IMG/VR virus record: IMGVR_UViG_2751185671_000004 | Location: 32,001-96,000 of that record | Direction: 5' to 3' (one strand) | DNA: 64,000 nt | Origin: a virus | Taxonomy: Duplodnaviria > Caudoviricetes | Part shown: positions 9,539 to 20,580 of the stretch, piece after piece | Position numbering within the stretch: position 1 is the first letter of the stretch | Layout: every line of letters begins with the position of its first letter | Translations under genes and position numbers: made by a program | The notes under the pieces: generated by a model | The model's database searches: none | Told to the model about the DNA's origin: nothing | Seen by the model: only the letters and a program-made list of their open reading frames with translations

Positions 9539-10027
9539 ATGCCAGCCGACTGTACAGAAACCCATTCCTTTACGGATCAACTTTATGAAGGGATGCAACA
9601 TGATTATACCAAAAGACTCGTCAATAAGATAATGACGCAGATCCTTCACGTATATAAAGACGATTTTTTTATGTTACATTTATATGTGCTTAAGACAGGA
9701 AAAAAAACGTTTAGTTGTCAGCTTTCTGTCGAAGCGTATCAAGGAGAGACTTTACTCCCTGTAGAGATAGGTAATGATTCCGCTCAGTATATATCGACGC
9801 TCTGTACTATTTTACACGCCTACAATGGTTACTATGCTGATATCTTTCAATGGAACACAATGACAATCACTCTACACTTTGAAGGTAGATATAAGATTCA
9901 TAGAGCATTTGATACCGCCCTAGAAAAACAACATGGTTGTCGTAATAGCAAGATATTGAGCAACATCGTCCAATTAAAAAATAGTAGAAGTTTGACAGCG
10001 AGTAAAACAAATGGCAGTCCACTATAG
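9539..10027 (+). CDS. Immunity-like protein, divergent paralog of the upstream gene
   Basis: 'FQWNTMTITLHFEGRYKIHRAFD' aligns with the upstream gene's motif; GGAG RBS. Confidence 0.5.
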   Translation: MPADCTETHSFTDQLYEGMQHDYTKRLVNKIMTQILHVYKDDFFMLHLYVLKTGKKTFSCQLSVEAYQGETLLPVEIGNDSAQYISTLCTILHAYNGYYADIFQWNTMTITLHFEGRYKIHRAFDTALEKQHGCRNSKILSNIVQLKNSRSLTASKTNGSPL

Positions 10028-10310
10028 CATTGCACATCACTCTAAAACCCTAACACCTGGAATTAAAAAGGTCTTACGTATTTTTGGTAATCAAGCGGCG
10101 TTAGCAAAAGCGATGAATGTCTCGGTGAGTGCTGTCGCACGATGGGTAAAATCGGGGTATATCCCTTGCGATAAAGTATGGGAAGTGATGCTGCTTGTGG
10201 AAGGCAAAAAAACCTATGCCGGTGAGACAGTGTCTATTAACGAGCTATTGGAAGAAGCTTACAACAAGCACATGGAAAGACGAGGACTACAAGAAAAAAT
10301 GCCAACATAA
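10011..10310 (+). CDS. Cro/YdaS-like HTH regulator, paralog 2
   Basis: 'GNQAALAKAMNVSVSAVARWVKSGYIPCDKVWEV' shares RWVKSG.IP..VWEV with the 8740 gene. Confidence 0.8.
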   Translation: MAVHYSIAHHSKTLTPGIKKVLRIFGNQAALAKAMNVSVSAVARWVKSGYIPCDKVWEVMLLVEGKKTYAGETVSINELLEEAYNKHMERRGLQEKMPT

Positions 10311-10392
10311 CATAAAAAATAGCACACTAGTTTAAAGAATCTAACACTTTTATGCGCTAGCCATAGCGTAGGGTCATGTATTTTTTTTCATT

Positions 10393-10887
10393 ATGTTCTA
10401 TAGCATCCACCAGGATAGGCCAACTCCTATCCAATATTCGCTGCGTAGTGACTGGCTACTCGGCCTTAGTATTATAACATGGGAGAGCGATATGTCACAG
10501 CATGCACATATTACATTTTCATCCGCTAACAAAGGCGTAATCAATGCCCCGTTACCGGATATTATTGTCCACCAGCATTCGATGTATCTCAGTCTTCATG
10601 CCTACCCTTGTATCGCCAGTGCGCTTGAGAAATACGGGACGTTTATTCGTGTCTATGCAGGCGACCATATTGGCTATGTGTTCTGCCCTTCCCTATTTCT
10701 TAAACGGGCCACAAAAAAAACGCTCATTTCTACCACTAAAAATACCTTGATCTTTAAAGATATCCAAGAAAAAACATCCGCGCTTGTCTGTCACCAGCGA
10801 TTTAAAAACATTATTGAAACAATGCCGTTAACCGGGCTGAGATTTTGTCGAGAGCAAACACAGCAATGGTCCAGAGTTGCCAACTGA
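10393..10887 (+). CDS. Imm11/DUF1629-like protein, divergent copy
   Basis: 'PLPDI...LS..AY...L..YG.F...FK...LVC..RFK.....L.GL.F' parallels the downstream gene. Confidence 0.5.
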   Translation: MFYSIHQDRPTPIQYSLRSDWLLGLSIITWESDMSQHAHITFSSANKGVINAPLPDIIVHQHSMYLSLHAYPCIASALEKYGTFIRVYAGDHIGYVFCPSLFLKRATKKTLISTTKNTLIFKDIQEKTSALVCHQRFKNIIETMPLTGLRFCREQTQQWSRVAN

Positions 10888-10923
10888 CCGGATTGATATT
10901 ATTTCCATAAGGACATCATTCAC

Positions 10924-11514
10924 ATGATTTACAGAATTCATCCTAACTTTTATCGTTATGCTACCTATCAATTGGATAGCGACGATCTGTTGAAAAAGTT
11001 AGGCCGTTACAGTGTTTTTGGTATCGAGATTAATGCCGTACATTATACCCATCAATGGCAACCCATTAAGTTCCGTTTTCATAATTCTCTTGAGGAAGGG
11101 CCACTGCTGCCCATTCCCGATCTTATCGTCGACTACGGGTGTATGCTGTTGAGTGAAAAGTCTTACCGTATTTTTTACGCAATGCTGGCAGAGCATGGAG
11201 AATTCTTACCCATCTATTCCGGCGATACACGAGCTTATCTTTATAACCCGTTAAAAATTGCTGAACAATTTAATGGGCTAGATACAAAATACTCTACAAA
11301 AAATGAATATGACTACGTTACCACACTGCATTTTATTGAGGAGAAGCTGACACATTTACCCCTGTTTAAATGTGAATACGATAACTATCTCGGGATCTAT
11401 TGCCGACACGATTTTAGAGACACGTTTATGCGTCATAACTTGCGCGGCATTGTTTTTGAAGAAAACATTGCGTTGTCATTTCCAGCAGACCCGGCAGTCC
11501 TGGCCGAAGACTAA
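10924..11514 (+). CDS. Imm11/DUF1629-like immunity protein (type usually following AHH nuclease toxins)
   Basis: 'PIPDL...LLSEKSY...GEFLPI...YNPL...LFK...GIYC..DF....HNLRGIVF'; AGGA RBS. Confidence 0.6.
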   Translation: MIYRIHPNFYRYATYQLDSDDLLKKLGRYSVFGIEINAVHYTHQWQPIKFRFHNSLEEGPLLPIPDLIVDYGCMLLSEKSYRIFYAMLAEHGEFLPIYSGDTRAYLYNPLKIAEQFNGLDTKYSTKNEYDYVTTLHFIEEKLTHLPLFKCEYDNYLGIYCRHDFRDTFMRHNLRGIVFEENIALSFPADPAVLAED

Positions 11515-11694
11515 TTGACAATAATCAATAATCTATGGGGGAGCAAGACCAAGGAAGACGAACACTCAGCAAGGACGCTTTTTTTATCTGTTACACATTA
11601 CTACTAAAGTCGCATACGCGGCACGAATCATCACAACCTACACTTATAGTTAACATCAACATTATTCACATGTTCATGATGTATTCATGTTCTT

Positions 11695-14600
11695 GTGTGT
11701 AAGGAGCCATGTTGTATGAAAAAAAATCATATAGGCAATATGTCATCTAAAACACTGTGTTTTAATACACCTTATGCTAAGATTTTGGACAGGAATATGC
11801 TCACAAGGCGTTATATTTATTATTTACGGATTCTATTGGAAATGATATTTTCTATGGACTTTTACTCTTCTCGTCTCTCTCAATTATTTAACACACTTTT
11901 TACTAAAACTTCTTCCTCTCACACCTTAACCTATGCACTATGTCTGGGGTGTTTGTGTTTATTTTCGGGGCAAGCATTGGCCACCATTAACGGGCCTACG
12001 TTGCGATCGATTGAAAGCGTGACGTTAACATTTAGTCCCCAAGTGTCGAATCGGGCACCGTTGATAAGACATTATATTCGGGCTTATCACAACGACACTT
12101 ACGTCACGCAATATAATTTAAGACGTGTGCAGCGCTCTATAGATACCGTCTTAACTCGTGATGGGCGTTGGCGGTTTGACTACTACCATATCACTGAATT
12201 TTGCCGTGAATATGACCATGGGCCAGGTACTAATTGTATTGACGCCGATGAAATCACACGTATCGATAAGCATACAGTAACGGTAAATGCTACTCCGACA
12301 ACCCCCATATCCGTGAGCGGGCCTTCTGCACACGGGACCACATTACTACCTATCCAATGGGGGGAGTCAGAACGTATTGTTCATGAGTTTGTGGTGCAAT
12401 ATAAAAAAACCACGGATATAAAATGGCAAAGCCGTCATGTATCGCCTTCTGGTCGCAGTACCAGTCTCCCTGTTAGCGAAGGCATCTATCAAGTGCGCGT
12501 ATCTGCGTGTAATACCTTAAGCACATCACGCCGTTGTTCTGCCCCTCGTTCTTTATCTCCTAATGTGGCGGTAGCGCGGCCAGCAGTACCGAATATTACT
12601 CTACCGTCAACCAGTGGTAATGGTAGCTATACTGTTTCATGGAACACTGTGAACATTTCAACACGTTATACTTTGCAAGAAAGCGTGAACGGTGCGACAT
12701 GGACATCAGTACAAGACAACTCAGCGCGGTCAAAAGCCTATACTAATCAAATTAATGCGTCGATTCGTTATCGCGTTCGAGCATGTAATGCTATTGGCTG
12801 CTCAAATTTTTCTTCTGCAAAAACCATTAATATAGCGCGTAAGCCGGGTGTACCGTCTTCTATTTCCGTGCCTGGTTTATATGGCAGTGGTAGCTACACT
12901 ATTTCTTGGGGAGCAAGCAGTGACGATATTACATATTATGACCTCATACAAACGCCTAATCGCACTCTTTATCAAGGTCTTAATTTACGTTACGACATTA
13001 GTGGCCAAGGTATTGGTGAGCATCGCCATGGTGTTCGAGCATGTAAAACCGTCGGCAGTTTTACCAATTGCTCCGATTGGCGGCTTTCTAGTATTGTGAC
13101 ATTGGCAAAGCCTGCCGCGACACCCACGCTATCCCTCTTAGCGAGCGATAATGATGGTGAATTTGGCCTGCGTTGGACTGCGATAGACAACACCTTGCGC
13201 TATATACTGCAAGAAATTTCTCCCAGCAGCAGTACATGGACAACGGTTGAAAGCCCCTCTGAGGCTCGTATCCAATTATCAGGACGCACCAGCGGCACCT
13301 ACAGCTATCGGGTGCAAGCGTGTAACGATTTGGGCTGTAGTGACTTTTCAACGGCGAAAAGTATTGAGGTCGCGATTAGCCCCGGTATCCCTCCCTCTAT
13401 TTCACCACCAACTAACGCTAACTTTACTATTCAATGGGGCGCTTCAAGCGGGCGTGTATCGTCGTATCAACTGGAACAGCGTATTGGTAGTGGTGCATGG
13501 GAAAATATTTACCGTGGTGATGCCTTAACACGTGAATTAAACCTCACACAAAGTGGTGAGCATGCTTTCCGTGTTCGTGCGTGTAATACACAAAATGCTT
13601 ACACCAGTTGTTCCGCATGGCGCAGTTCGAATGCTGTCACAATAAGCGCTCCAAACGCGCCGAGTGACATCACCGTTCCCAATGAAGCGGGAGATGCCTT
13701 GACCATTACCTGGACAGCAACGACGTCTAATGCCACTTTATTCAGTCACTATGAATTAGAAGAGCAAAAAGATAATGGTGCATGGGCATTAATTGAATCC
13801 ACACAAGAGACCCGTCTTGGACATGTACTATATGAAAAAGGCGATTATCACTACCGCGTGCGTACCTGCCAATTAAGTTTATGTTCACCTTGGGTGGTAT
13901 CTAATACAGTCACCGTTGTGGGAGCACCCGACGCGCCACAAGCGCCAGTACTCGCCACTGTCCCGAACCTCTCTGCGGCTGAAGAAAGTACCGGCAGTAT
14001 TAATAGTAATGTGGATGTGAGTGCGGGCGGTGCGGCCACATGGTCTATAGATTTGGATGTACCGCGTGGTATCGGTGGTTTTACACCAAGTGTGATGCTG
14101 AGCTATTCCAGCCGAGGGGGTAACGGAGTACTGGGTGTGGGTTGGTCGCTTTCTGGAGCTTCTGAAATTCGCCGTTGTCGTCGTTACTATGAAGAAGACG
14201 GCTTTTACAGAGAGGTGTTGTTTACTAATCAGGACGCCGTATGTTTAAACGGACAACGTTTAATTCCTGTCAACAATGCGTATTTTATTGAGGGAACAGA
14301 ATACCGCCTGCAATTTGATCCGAGCACACGTATTGTCTATAGCGGCGGTAATTTTGAAGTGAGCAAGCCTAACGGTGAAACCTGGTGGTTTGGCACCACG
14401 AGTGATAGTCGTATGAAAAAAGGCAATGCCACTTACAGCTGGAAACTTTCTCAAAAAGTCGACCCGTTTAATAACACCATCGATTACAGTTACACCGGTG
14501 ATAACAGCCATACCCGCCGTTTATCAACAATAAGTTATTCCGGAAACACGATTGAATTTATTTACAGTGAACGAGAAGATCAATCCCAGTATTTTTATCA

Positions 14601-17600
14601 TGGCTTGTCCATTGTCGATAATCAATTACTTACGGATATTGTGATTTCCAATCACAATAATATCGCGGTGAATTCTTATCACTTTGATCATCGTTTAAGT
14701 CAGGTATCTAAGCGTTATTTATTGCGAACCATGACCCGCTGCGACGGTGCAGAAACAGGCGCGTGTTTACAACCCACCACTTTTGAATATGAAGATACGA
14801 GCGGCATAGGTTTTGTCTCTCCCTCTGAAGAAATTATCGTGAACTTACGAGATTTTATGACCGTTGATGGGGATGTGGCGTCCGATTATTGTGATCAATC
14901 CTTCCCAATTCCCGATACCCACTGTCAGTCGCAAGATCTTAAATTGATGGATGCCAATGGGGATGGGGTTCGAGAATTACTACTGGTCAGTAATCAAGGT
15001 TCTACATACCGCTATCAAAATATTGTCGTCACTCCTGACAGTTATACATTAGGGAATGTTAGCGGCAGTGGCGAATCTTTTAGAGCAGGTTTTCCAGCGG
15101 GATCGAACGGCACCATTAGTGCGTGGAGCGTGCAAGCGGTGGTGAATGATATGAATGGCGATGGTCATGACACCGTAGAATTTATGGCGAATTTCCCTAG
15201 CATCAATACGGCGCCGTCTTTATATGCTGATTTAGATGGTAATGGCATTGTGGAATTTGCTGGAGGCTTTAACAGTGATGCCGAAAATCACGCAGAAAAC
15301 TACACCAACTTCCCAGGCCGAGCCAAATGCCCTGAAAATGCCACCACGACTTTTGAAGTCGAGAGTCAAGCCGCCGATGTTTTCGATTTTAACGGTGATG
15401 GTTTAGTGGATCGTCTTTATCGTGTGAATGGTATTTGTGAAAATGAATTAGCGCAGCAACGTGGGCAAGTGGGCACACTGTATTATTTGCTAAAAAATAC
15501 CACCCAAGGCGCTGTTCACAGTGAATCCGCTCAACCATTGCTTGCCGCCAATGATGATGACTTTAGATTGCGCGGTGATATTAATGGCGATGGCTATATG
15601 GATTTTAGGGGGGCGGGATGTGCCACCGGGTCTGGCTTTAATGATTGCTTTGGTGACCACTTTGGTACACAGGTGCTGTCATCACTAGGACTTTCCCAGC
15701 TAAGCGATGTCAATCGCGATGGTCGAGACGACTATATTTTCTTAGATGGCAGTACATTAAAAGTCGCACTGTCCTACTATGGGTTCGCTACACATGTTGT
15801 AAACCTTGGCCAAGTGAATTGGACAAATATGTCCAGAACACCACGCGTAATGTTGGTGGATCTCGATGGGGACGGTTTACCTGCCCTTGTTTATTTTGAT
15901 ATTGGCAAACATCGTGTGCATATTCGTCATGATGCCAACACTGAAAATAAGCCCGTCGATGTCTTGCGCTCGGTGAATAATGGCTTAGGCCGTGAGCATA
16001 CATTTAAGTACGGTACGCTGGCCTACAGTGATCATTACACGCCTTTAGATAATGCTCATACCTTAAATTGGGGATCACCCGTCTTTGATGGCAAAGGTAG
16101 CATGGCCATTGTCGAGCAGATGACGATGCGCACCGGGAAATTGCTTAATAACTCAAAACCTTACGACTTTTATTACACAAAATCCTACGATTACCATTAC
16201 GAAGGTCTGCGCTATCAAGCCGGTGGTCGCGGATCGTTAGGCTTTAGCACGTTCATTAAAAAAGATAATGACTTAAAGCAAACGACGACGACCTATTATC
16301 GCCAAGACTATCCTTTTAATGGCCAAGTGAAACGTCAAACGCGTGCGGTTAAAAATCGTGATGGTACGGACGTGATCGTGTATGAGCGTAATGTGAATGT
16401 GTGGGAACACCGCCAGTTTTTAAGTAATAAAGCGCACTTTATTCGGGCTAAAGAGGAAGAAGAAAAGCACTTTAATATAAATAGTGGTAATGGTGAATTA
16501 ATCGCAGGGCAAAAAGACTTAAATACCATCGTGACAGAACGACAATGGTCATCCAGTCCCGAACATTATCCTTTACTCGATGTTGTGACCGTCACGACTT
16601 ACAATCATGTCAGTACGAGTAATGAAAATTTAGTCGTCACCACAACCAATACCTATGGTGATGAAAATCATAATGATTGGTTCATTCAGCGTCCTACGGT
16701 GATCGATACGGTAAGAACGTTAGCACGCAGCCCTAGTGATATCGATAGTGCTACGCAAAAACGTACGCTCGTATATCACAGCTCTGGCCGTGTCAAAAGT
16801 GATGAGCGAGGCGATATCACCAATGTGAGTGAATACAGTAAAACCGCCACCGTTTACGATAGTTACGGCAACCCCACTGACGTGACACAGTGCAGTAGCC
16901 ATTACGCAGACGCCTGTGCAACACGTGCGTTACCCACCGATACAGATACCGATAACATGCGTTTTTTCCGTCGGGTCACCAGCACCTTTGATACGGAAGG
17001 TCGTTATTTAACAGCAACAGGCAATGGGCAATTTACTATCGCTGCGTATAGCGACTTTAATGCCCTAGGCTTACCGCAGACTCATGTTAATGCCACAGGC
17101 TTCACTACCGAAAGTTTTTACGATGCTTTTGGGCGCGTCTATTTTACCCGTGCGGTGGATGGTAGTTCTGCGCAAACAATACGTAGTCGTTGTAGTAATA
17201 ATTGCCCAAGGCACGCAGAATACTTCACACGTGTACTATCACCTTCCACGCCTGATAGTATTCACTATTTTGATCTCACTGGAACCGAAGTCGCCACACG
17301 TACCCAAACCTTAACCGGCGAGTGGTCACAAGTATTACGTGAGTTTGACAAGCATGGCCGTTTAATTCGTCAAAGTCAGCCGTACCTGACAACAGATACA
17401 CCGCATTTTGCGGAGTACAGCTATGATGATTTAGGACGTCGTTGGAAAGATGTTGCAGCAGATGGCACAACAAAGACAATAGGCAGAATTGCTGGCCTAG
17501 TCTCTACTACGGTGTCAACAAGCTATATTAGCAGTTACGAAACGCCCGTATCCAATGCCAATATCTTTCAAAGAACAACTAAGATTGTGAATGGCTTTGG

Positions 17601-20169
17601 GCAAACAACATCGACCAATGATGCCGAGCGTAAGGTGACGTATTACCAATACAGCGTCTTTGGCAGTTTATCTTTAGCGACCAATATCGATGGCAGCACC
17701 GTCTCCATTACCTACGATGATTACGGTCGCCGCACTCGCATGGTTGATCCTGATAAAGGGGATATTACGTTTAAACCCAATGGCTTGGGCCAAGAAGTGG
17801 GACGTATTGCACCAGGTAATGTCACACAAAAAACCTTCTTCGATGCGTTGGGGCGTTCTGTTAAAGTCGAAACCAATGCGCCTGGCGGCAATCATGTAGG
17901 TACGTTTGACTATAAGGGGCCATTACTCGATATAGAGACCAGCTCTGAAGGCGTAAGTAATGAAGGCATTAGTAGAACCTTCTCTTACGATGCCTGGGGA
18001 CGCTCTAGAGGGATACAACACCGTGCGGATGGACATACATGGAATACGGCCACCACTTATGATCAGTATGGGCGCGTGTTCCAAGCGTTCGATATGTCCC
18101 AGAATTTCCGGGGTGTGCAATACACCTATACCAACGGCTACGCCACGCAATTAAAAGAAAGCCAAAATAGTAGCAAAGTCTATTATGAAGCCACCGATAT
18201 GGACGCCTACGGTAATGTCACTGATTGGGTGCTGGGCAACGGTCATAGTGGTCATGCTCGTTACGATGCGAAAACCGGTTATTTACAAACGGTGTATAGT
18301 GGCAACGGTATCGAAGCGGTGCAAAATAATTTATTTGAGTATGACGGCATCGGCAATTTACGAACCCGTACCGATCGTAGCGGCGGTTTAGCTTTTAATG
18401 AATTACAAGAGACCTTCGATTATGACAAATTGTTTCGATTAAAAACTGCGACCTTGCATACCACTAGCACACCTCAAGTGTTAGAGATGAGCTATTTTGA
18501 TAACGGCAATATTCAATCAAAATCGGATATTGGTAATGGCGGTATCTACGCTTATGGCACACAAAACAGTCAGTGTTCTATCACGCCTGGAGCGCATGCC
18601 TTAACGGGTATTGGTAGCCAACTACTTTACTGTTATGACGCACGCGGAAACCAAACCCATTCTTACGAGAGTGGCTCCTTAACACGTGAAGTGAATTACA
18701 CGGGTTACGATAAACCTAGTTTAATTTCTTCCGGCACTATCACCACCGCGTTTTTCTACGATGCTAACTTTAGTCGTTTTAAACGAGTGGATACCGGTGA
18801 CGGTGATGATCGAACGACTTACTATATTGGCAGTAATGAAGTGATCCATCATGACTCCGGTAAAATCGAGTACAAACGCTATATTGGCGATATGGTGCTC
18901 AATACCGTGGACAGTGATAATAACAACGAGACCCACTATTTTTACCGCGATCACTTAGGCTCTCTTGTCGCCATTGCCGATGCTGCAGGTACTGTATTAG
19001 AGAGGTTAAGTTACGACGCTTTCGGGCAACGCCGTGAAGGGGAAAGCTGGAACCCACTCTTCGATCCTTTTAATGATATGAGTGTGCAAACCGTAATGGA
19101 CATTACCACGCGGGGCTTTACTCAACATGAACACGTGGATCACGCCAATATTATCCATATGGGCGGACGTATTTACGATCCCGTCACTGGCCGCTTTGTC
19201 CAAGCTGATCCGATAGTTCAGGCGCCAGAAAACGGTCAGAGCTTGAACCGTTACAGCTATGTGTTTAATAATCCCTTAAGTTACACCGACCCTACCGGCT
19301 ACAGCGCACAAGGGACCATTTGTGAGCAAAAAGACCTGAACGGTGGCGTAGAAGATTTATGTACCATGGGCGGCTCCGGTGATGAGATTCAAGCGGTAAA
19401 CGCGGATATTCCCGCTGCCCCCACTACGGAAGGCGATGCGCAAACGGAAGAGAAAGCCACGGAAGAGGCGAATAATTCCACGGCTACGGAGACAGATACG
19501 GCTTCGGAGGGAGCTTTTGATTCTGATGGAGGTGGGGGAAACGAGGAAGATGAAAGCAATCCAGATATTGCAACCGCTGATGGAACTTACTTCTTTGGTG
19601 GTGCAGGTATAGACGGAAGTTATATAGATGATATGGCAAAATCGCTCGAAGAGTCAGGGATTTCAGATGTACATGCCATGGATAAAGATGTATGGTCTGA
19701 AAGTACCCCTGTTGATGCGAGCGCTGGTGTCTTTGCTCTTAGGGGAGGAGCGGACTTCTCCGGCCAGATTGAAGAGAAGTTTAAAAATAAAGGTGACGGG
19801 AAAGGCCAGTTTAATCTAATAGGATATTCCTATGGATCTCTAGTTGCAGCCCAAGCAGCAATGGCTAGAGTAAAAAATGGAGGGACAGTTGATAATTTGG
19901 TGCTGATTGGATCACCTATTAGTTCAGGGTTTTTGCGGACACTTAGGGAGACTGATAGTATCAGTAACATAATAGTAAAGGACTTGACTAACCGTGGAGA
20001 TCCAATAAATGCAGGGATGAGCGGAGGACAACTAATTATTAATGCGCCTAAATTGGCATATCAGATGACACAAGGGGCTGGACATTTTTATTATGCGCCT
20101 AGTGGTCAAAGCGGTAAAGAGCGGAGAAGAGAATTGGCTAAAGAATTGTATGAAGGAGGTCTAAGGTAA
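11695..20169 (+). CDS. Giant RHS/YD-repeat toxin: signal peptide, six FN3, SpvB-like, FG-GAP/VCBS, RHS core and alpha/beta-hydrolase-like tip (true start probably near 11842-11854)
   Basis: 'LCLFSGQALA' signal-like segment; six FN3 units with VRAC-type motifs; SpvB motif 'GGAATWSIDLDVPRG..FTPSVMLSYSS.GGNGVLGVGWSL'; DxNGDG repeats; YD repeats; core 'MGGRIYDP..GRF.QADP...NRYSYVFNNPLSYTDPTG'; tip contains GYSYG. Confidence 0.92.
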   Translation: MCKEPCCMKKNHIGNMSSKTLCFNTPYAKILDRNMLTRRYIYYLRILLEMIFSMDFYSSRLSQLFNTLFTKTSSSHTLTYALCLGCLCLFSGQALATINGPTLRSIESVTLTFSPQVSNRAPLIRHYIRAYHNDTYVTQYNLRRVQRSIDTVLTRDGRWRFDYYHITEFCREYDHGPGTNCIDADEITRIDKHTVTVNATPTTPISVSGPSAHGTTLLPIQWGESERIVHEFVVQYKKTTDIKWQSRHVSPSGRSTSLPVSEGIYQVRVSACNTLSTSRRCSAPRSLSPNVAVARPAVPNITLPSTSGNGSYTVSWNTVNISTRYTLQESVNGATWTSVQDNSARSKAYTNQINASIRYRVRACNAIGCSNFSSAKTINIARKPGVPSSISVPGLYGSGSYTISWGASSDDITYYDLIQTPNRTLYQGLNLRYDISGQGIGEHRHGVRACKTVGSFTNCSDWRLSSIVTLAKPAATPTLSLLASDNDGEFGLRWTAIDNTLRYILQEISPSSSTWTTVESPSEARIQLSGRTSGTYSYRVQACNDLGCSDFSTAKSIEVAISPGIPPSISPPTNANFTIQWGASSGRVSSYQLEQRIGSGAWENIYRGDALTRELNLTQSGEHAFRVRACNTQNAYTSCSAWRSSNAVTISAPNAPSDITVPNEAGDALTITWTATTSNATLFSHYELEEQKDNGAWALIESTQETRLGHVLYEKGDYHYRVRTCQLSLCSPWVVSNTVTVVGAPDAPQAPVLATVPNLSAAEESTGSINSNVDVSAGGAATWSIDLDVPRGIGGFTPSVMLSYSSRGGNGVLGVGWSLSGASEIRRCRRYYEEDGFYREVLFTNQDAVCLNGQRLIPVNNAYFIEGTEYRLQFDPSTRIVYSGGNFEVSKPNGETWWFGTTSDSRMKKGNATYSWKLSQKVDPFNNTIDYSYTGDNSHTRRLSTISYSGNTIEFIYSEREDQSQYFYHGLSIVDNQLLTDIVISNHNNIAVNSYHFDHRLSQVSKRYLLRTMTRCDGAETGACLQPTTFEYEDTSGIGFVSPSEEIIVNLRDFMTVDGDVASDYCDQSFPIPDTHCQSQDLKLMDANGDGVRELLLVSNQGSTYRYQNIVVTPDSYTLGNVSGSGESFRAGFPAGSNGTISAWSVQAVVNDMNGDGHDTVEFMANFPSINTAPSLYADLDGNGIVEFAGGFNSDAENHAENYTNFPGRAKCPENATTTFEVESQAADVFDFNGDGLVDRLYRVNGICENELAQQRGQVGTLYYLLKNTTQGAVHSESAQPLLAANDDDFRLRGDINGDGYMDFRGAGCATGSGFNDCFGDHFGTQVLSSLGLSQLSDVNRDGRDDYIFLDGSTLKVALSYYGFATHVVNLGQVNWTNMSRTPRVMLVDLDGDGLPALVYFDIGKHRVHIRHDANTENKPVDVLRSVNNGLGREHTFKYGTLAYSDHYTPLDNAHTLNWGSPVFDGKGSMAIVEQMTMRTGKLLNNSKPYDFYYTKSYDYHYEGLRYQAGGRGSLGFSTFIKKDNDLKQTTTTYYRQDYPFNGQVKRQTRAVKNRDGTDVIVYERNVNVWEHRQFLSNKAHFIRAKEEEEKHFNINSGNGELIAGQKDLNTIVTERQWSSSPEHYPLLDVVTVTTYNHVSTSNENLVVTTTNTYGDENHNDWFIQRPTVIDTVRTLARSPSDIDSATQKRTLVYHSSGRVKSDERGDITNVSEYSKTATVYDSYGNPTDVTQCSSHYADACATRALPTDTDTDNMRFFRRVTSTFDTEGRYLTATGNGQFTIAAYSDFNALGLPQTHVNATGFTTESFYDAFGRVYFTRAVDGSSAQTIRSRCSNNCPRHAEYFTRVLSPSTPDSIHYFDLTGTEVATRTQTLTGEWSQVLREFDKHGRLIRQSQPYLTTDTPHFAEYSYDDLGRRWKDVAADGTTKTIGRIAGLVSTTVSTSYISSYETPVSNANIFQRTTKIVNGFGQTTSTNDAERKVTYYQYSVFGSLSLATNIDGSTVSITYDDYGRRTRMVDPDKGDITFKPNGLGQEVGRIAPGNVTQKTFFDALGRSVKVETNAPGGNHVGTFDYKGPLLDIETSSEGVSNEGISRTFSYDAWGRSRGIQHRADGHTWNTATTYDQYGRVFQAFDMSQNFRGVQYTYTNGYATQLKESQNSSKVYYEATDMDAYGNVTDWVLGNGHSGHARYDAKTGYLQTVYSGNGIEAVQNNLFEYDGIGNLRTRTDRSGGLAFNELQETFDYDKLFRLKTATLHTTSTPQVLEMSYFDNGNIQSKSDIGNGGIYAYGTQNSQCSITPGAHALTGIGSQLLYCYDARGNQTHSYESGSLTREVNYTGYDKPSLISSGTITTAFFYDANFSRFKRVDTGDGDDRTTYYIGSNEVIHHDSGKIEYKRYIGDMVLNTVDSDNNNETHYFYRDHLGSLVAIADAAGTVLERLSYDAFGQRREGESWNPLFDPFNDMSVQTVMDITTRGFTQHEHVDHANIIHMGGRIYDPVTGRFVQADPIVQAPENGQSLNRYSYVFNNPLSYTDPTGYSAQGTICEQKDLNGGVEDLCTMGGSGDEIQAVNADIPAAPTTEGDAQTEEKATEEANNSTATETDTASEGAFDSDGGGGNEEDESNPDIATADGTYFFGGAGIDGSYIDDMAKSLEESGISDVHAMDKDVWSESTPVDASAGVFALRGGADFSGQIEEKFKNKGDGKGQFNLIGYSYGSLVAAQAAMARVKNGGTVDNLVLIGSPISSGFLRTLRETDSISNIIVKDLTNRGDPINAGMSGGQLIINAPKLAYQMTQGAGHFYYAPSGQSGKERRRELAKELYEGGLR

Positions 20170-20465
20170 TGTCAGTAAATGTTAAGTTATCGATACCGTT
20201 TATTTTGTACTTAATAGCTTCATTTTTTAGTATTGGCAATTTATTTGCAATTGTACTCATGCATTGGAATTTTATCATTTCGGGTAAGGGGCTAGGTTCA
20301 TTTACTATCCTTTGGTTTATAGGATACTTTATCTTGTCGGTTGTCCTATGGGGAATAGCTTTTCTAATGGAAAGAAACTGGCAATGGACTATAGTTTTTT
20401 GGATTAGCGTTCTAGTTCCGATATTATTATTTACTTTTTTACCAGTAAGATTCTATATAGAATAG
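20169..20465 (+). CDS. Putative cognate membrane immunity protein
   Basis: TAATG stop/start overlap with the RHS gene; 98 aa with about three TM helices; lower GC. Confidence 0.7.
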   Translation: MSVNVKLSIPFILYLIASFFSIGNLFAIVLMHWNFIISGKGLGSFTILWFIGYFILSVVLWGIAFLMERNWQWTIVFWISVLVPILLFTFLPVRFYIE

Positions 20466-20580
20466 TATGCCCCATTTAATATTTGACCCGGAGTATATAC
20501 GTGAATGTTGTAACATTGCTAAATAGTTCTTAGTTACATAAATCGAAATATACTCCTACTCAATTATTTTTACTCCAAAA

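Noticed and set aside
12151-19819. Short ORFs overlapping the RHS gene, and similar antisense ORFs over phage genes such as 25136-25711
   Set aside because: Shadow frames of well-supported genes with no recognisable motifs.
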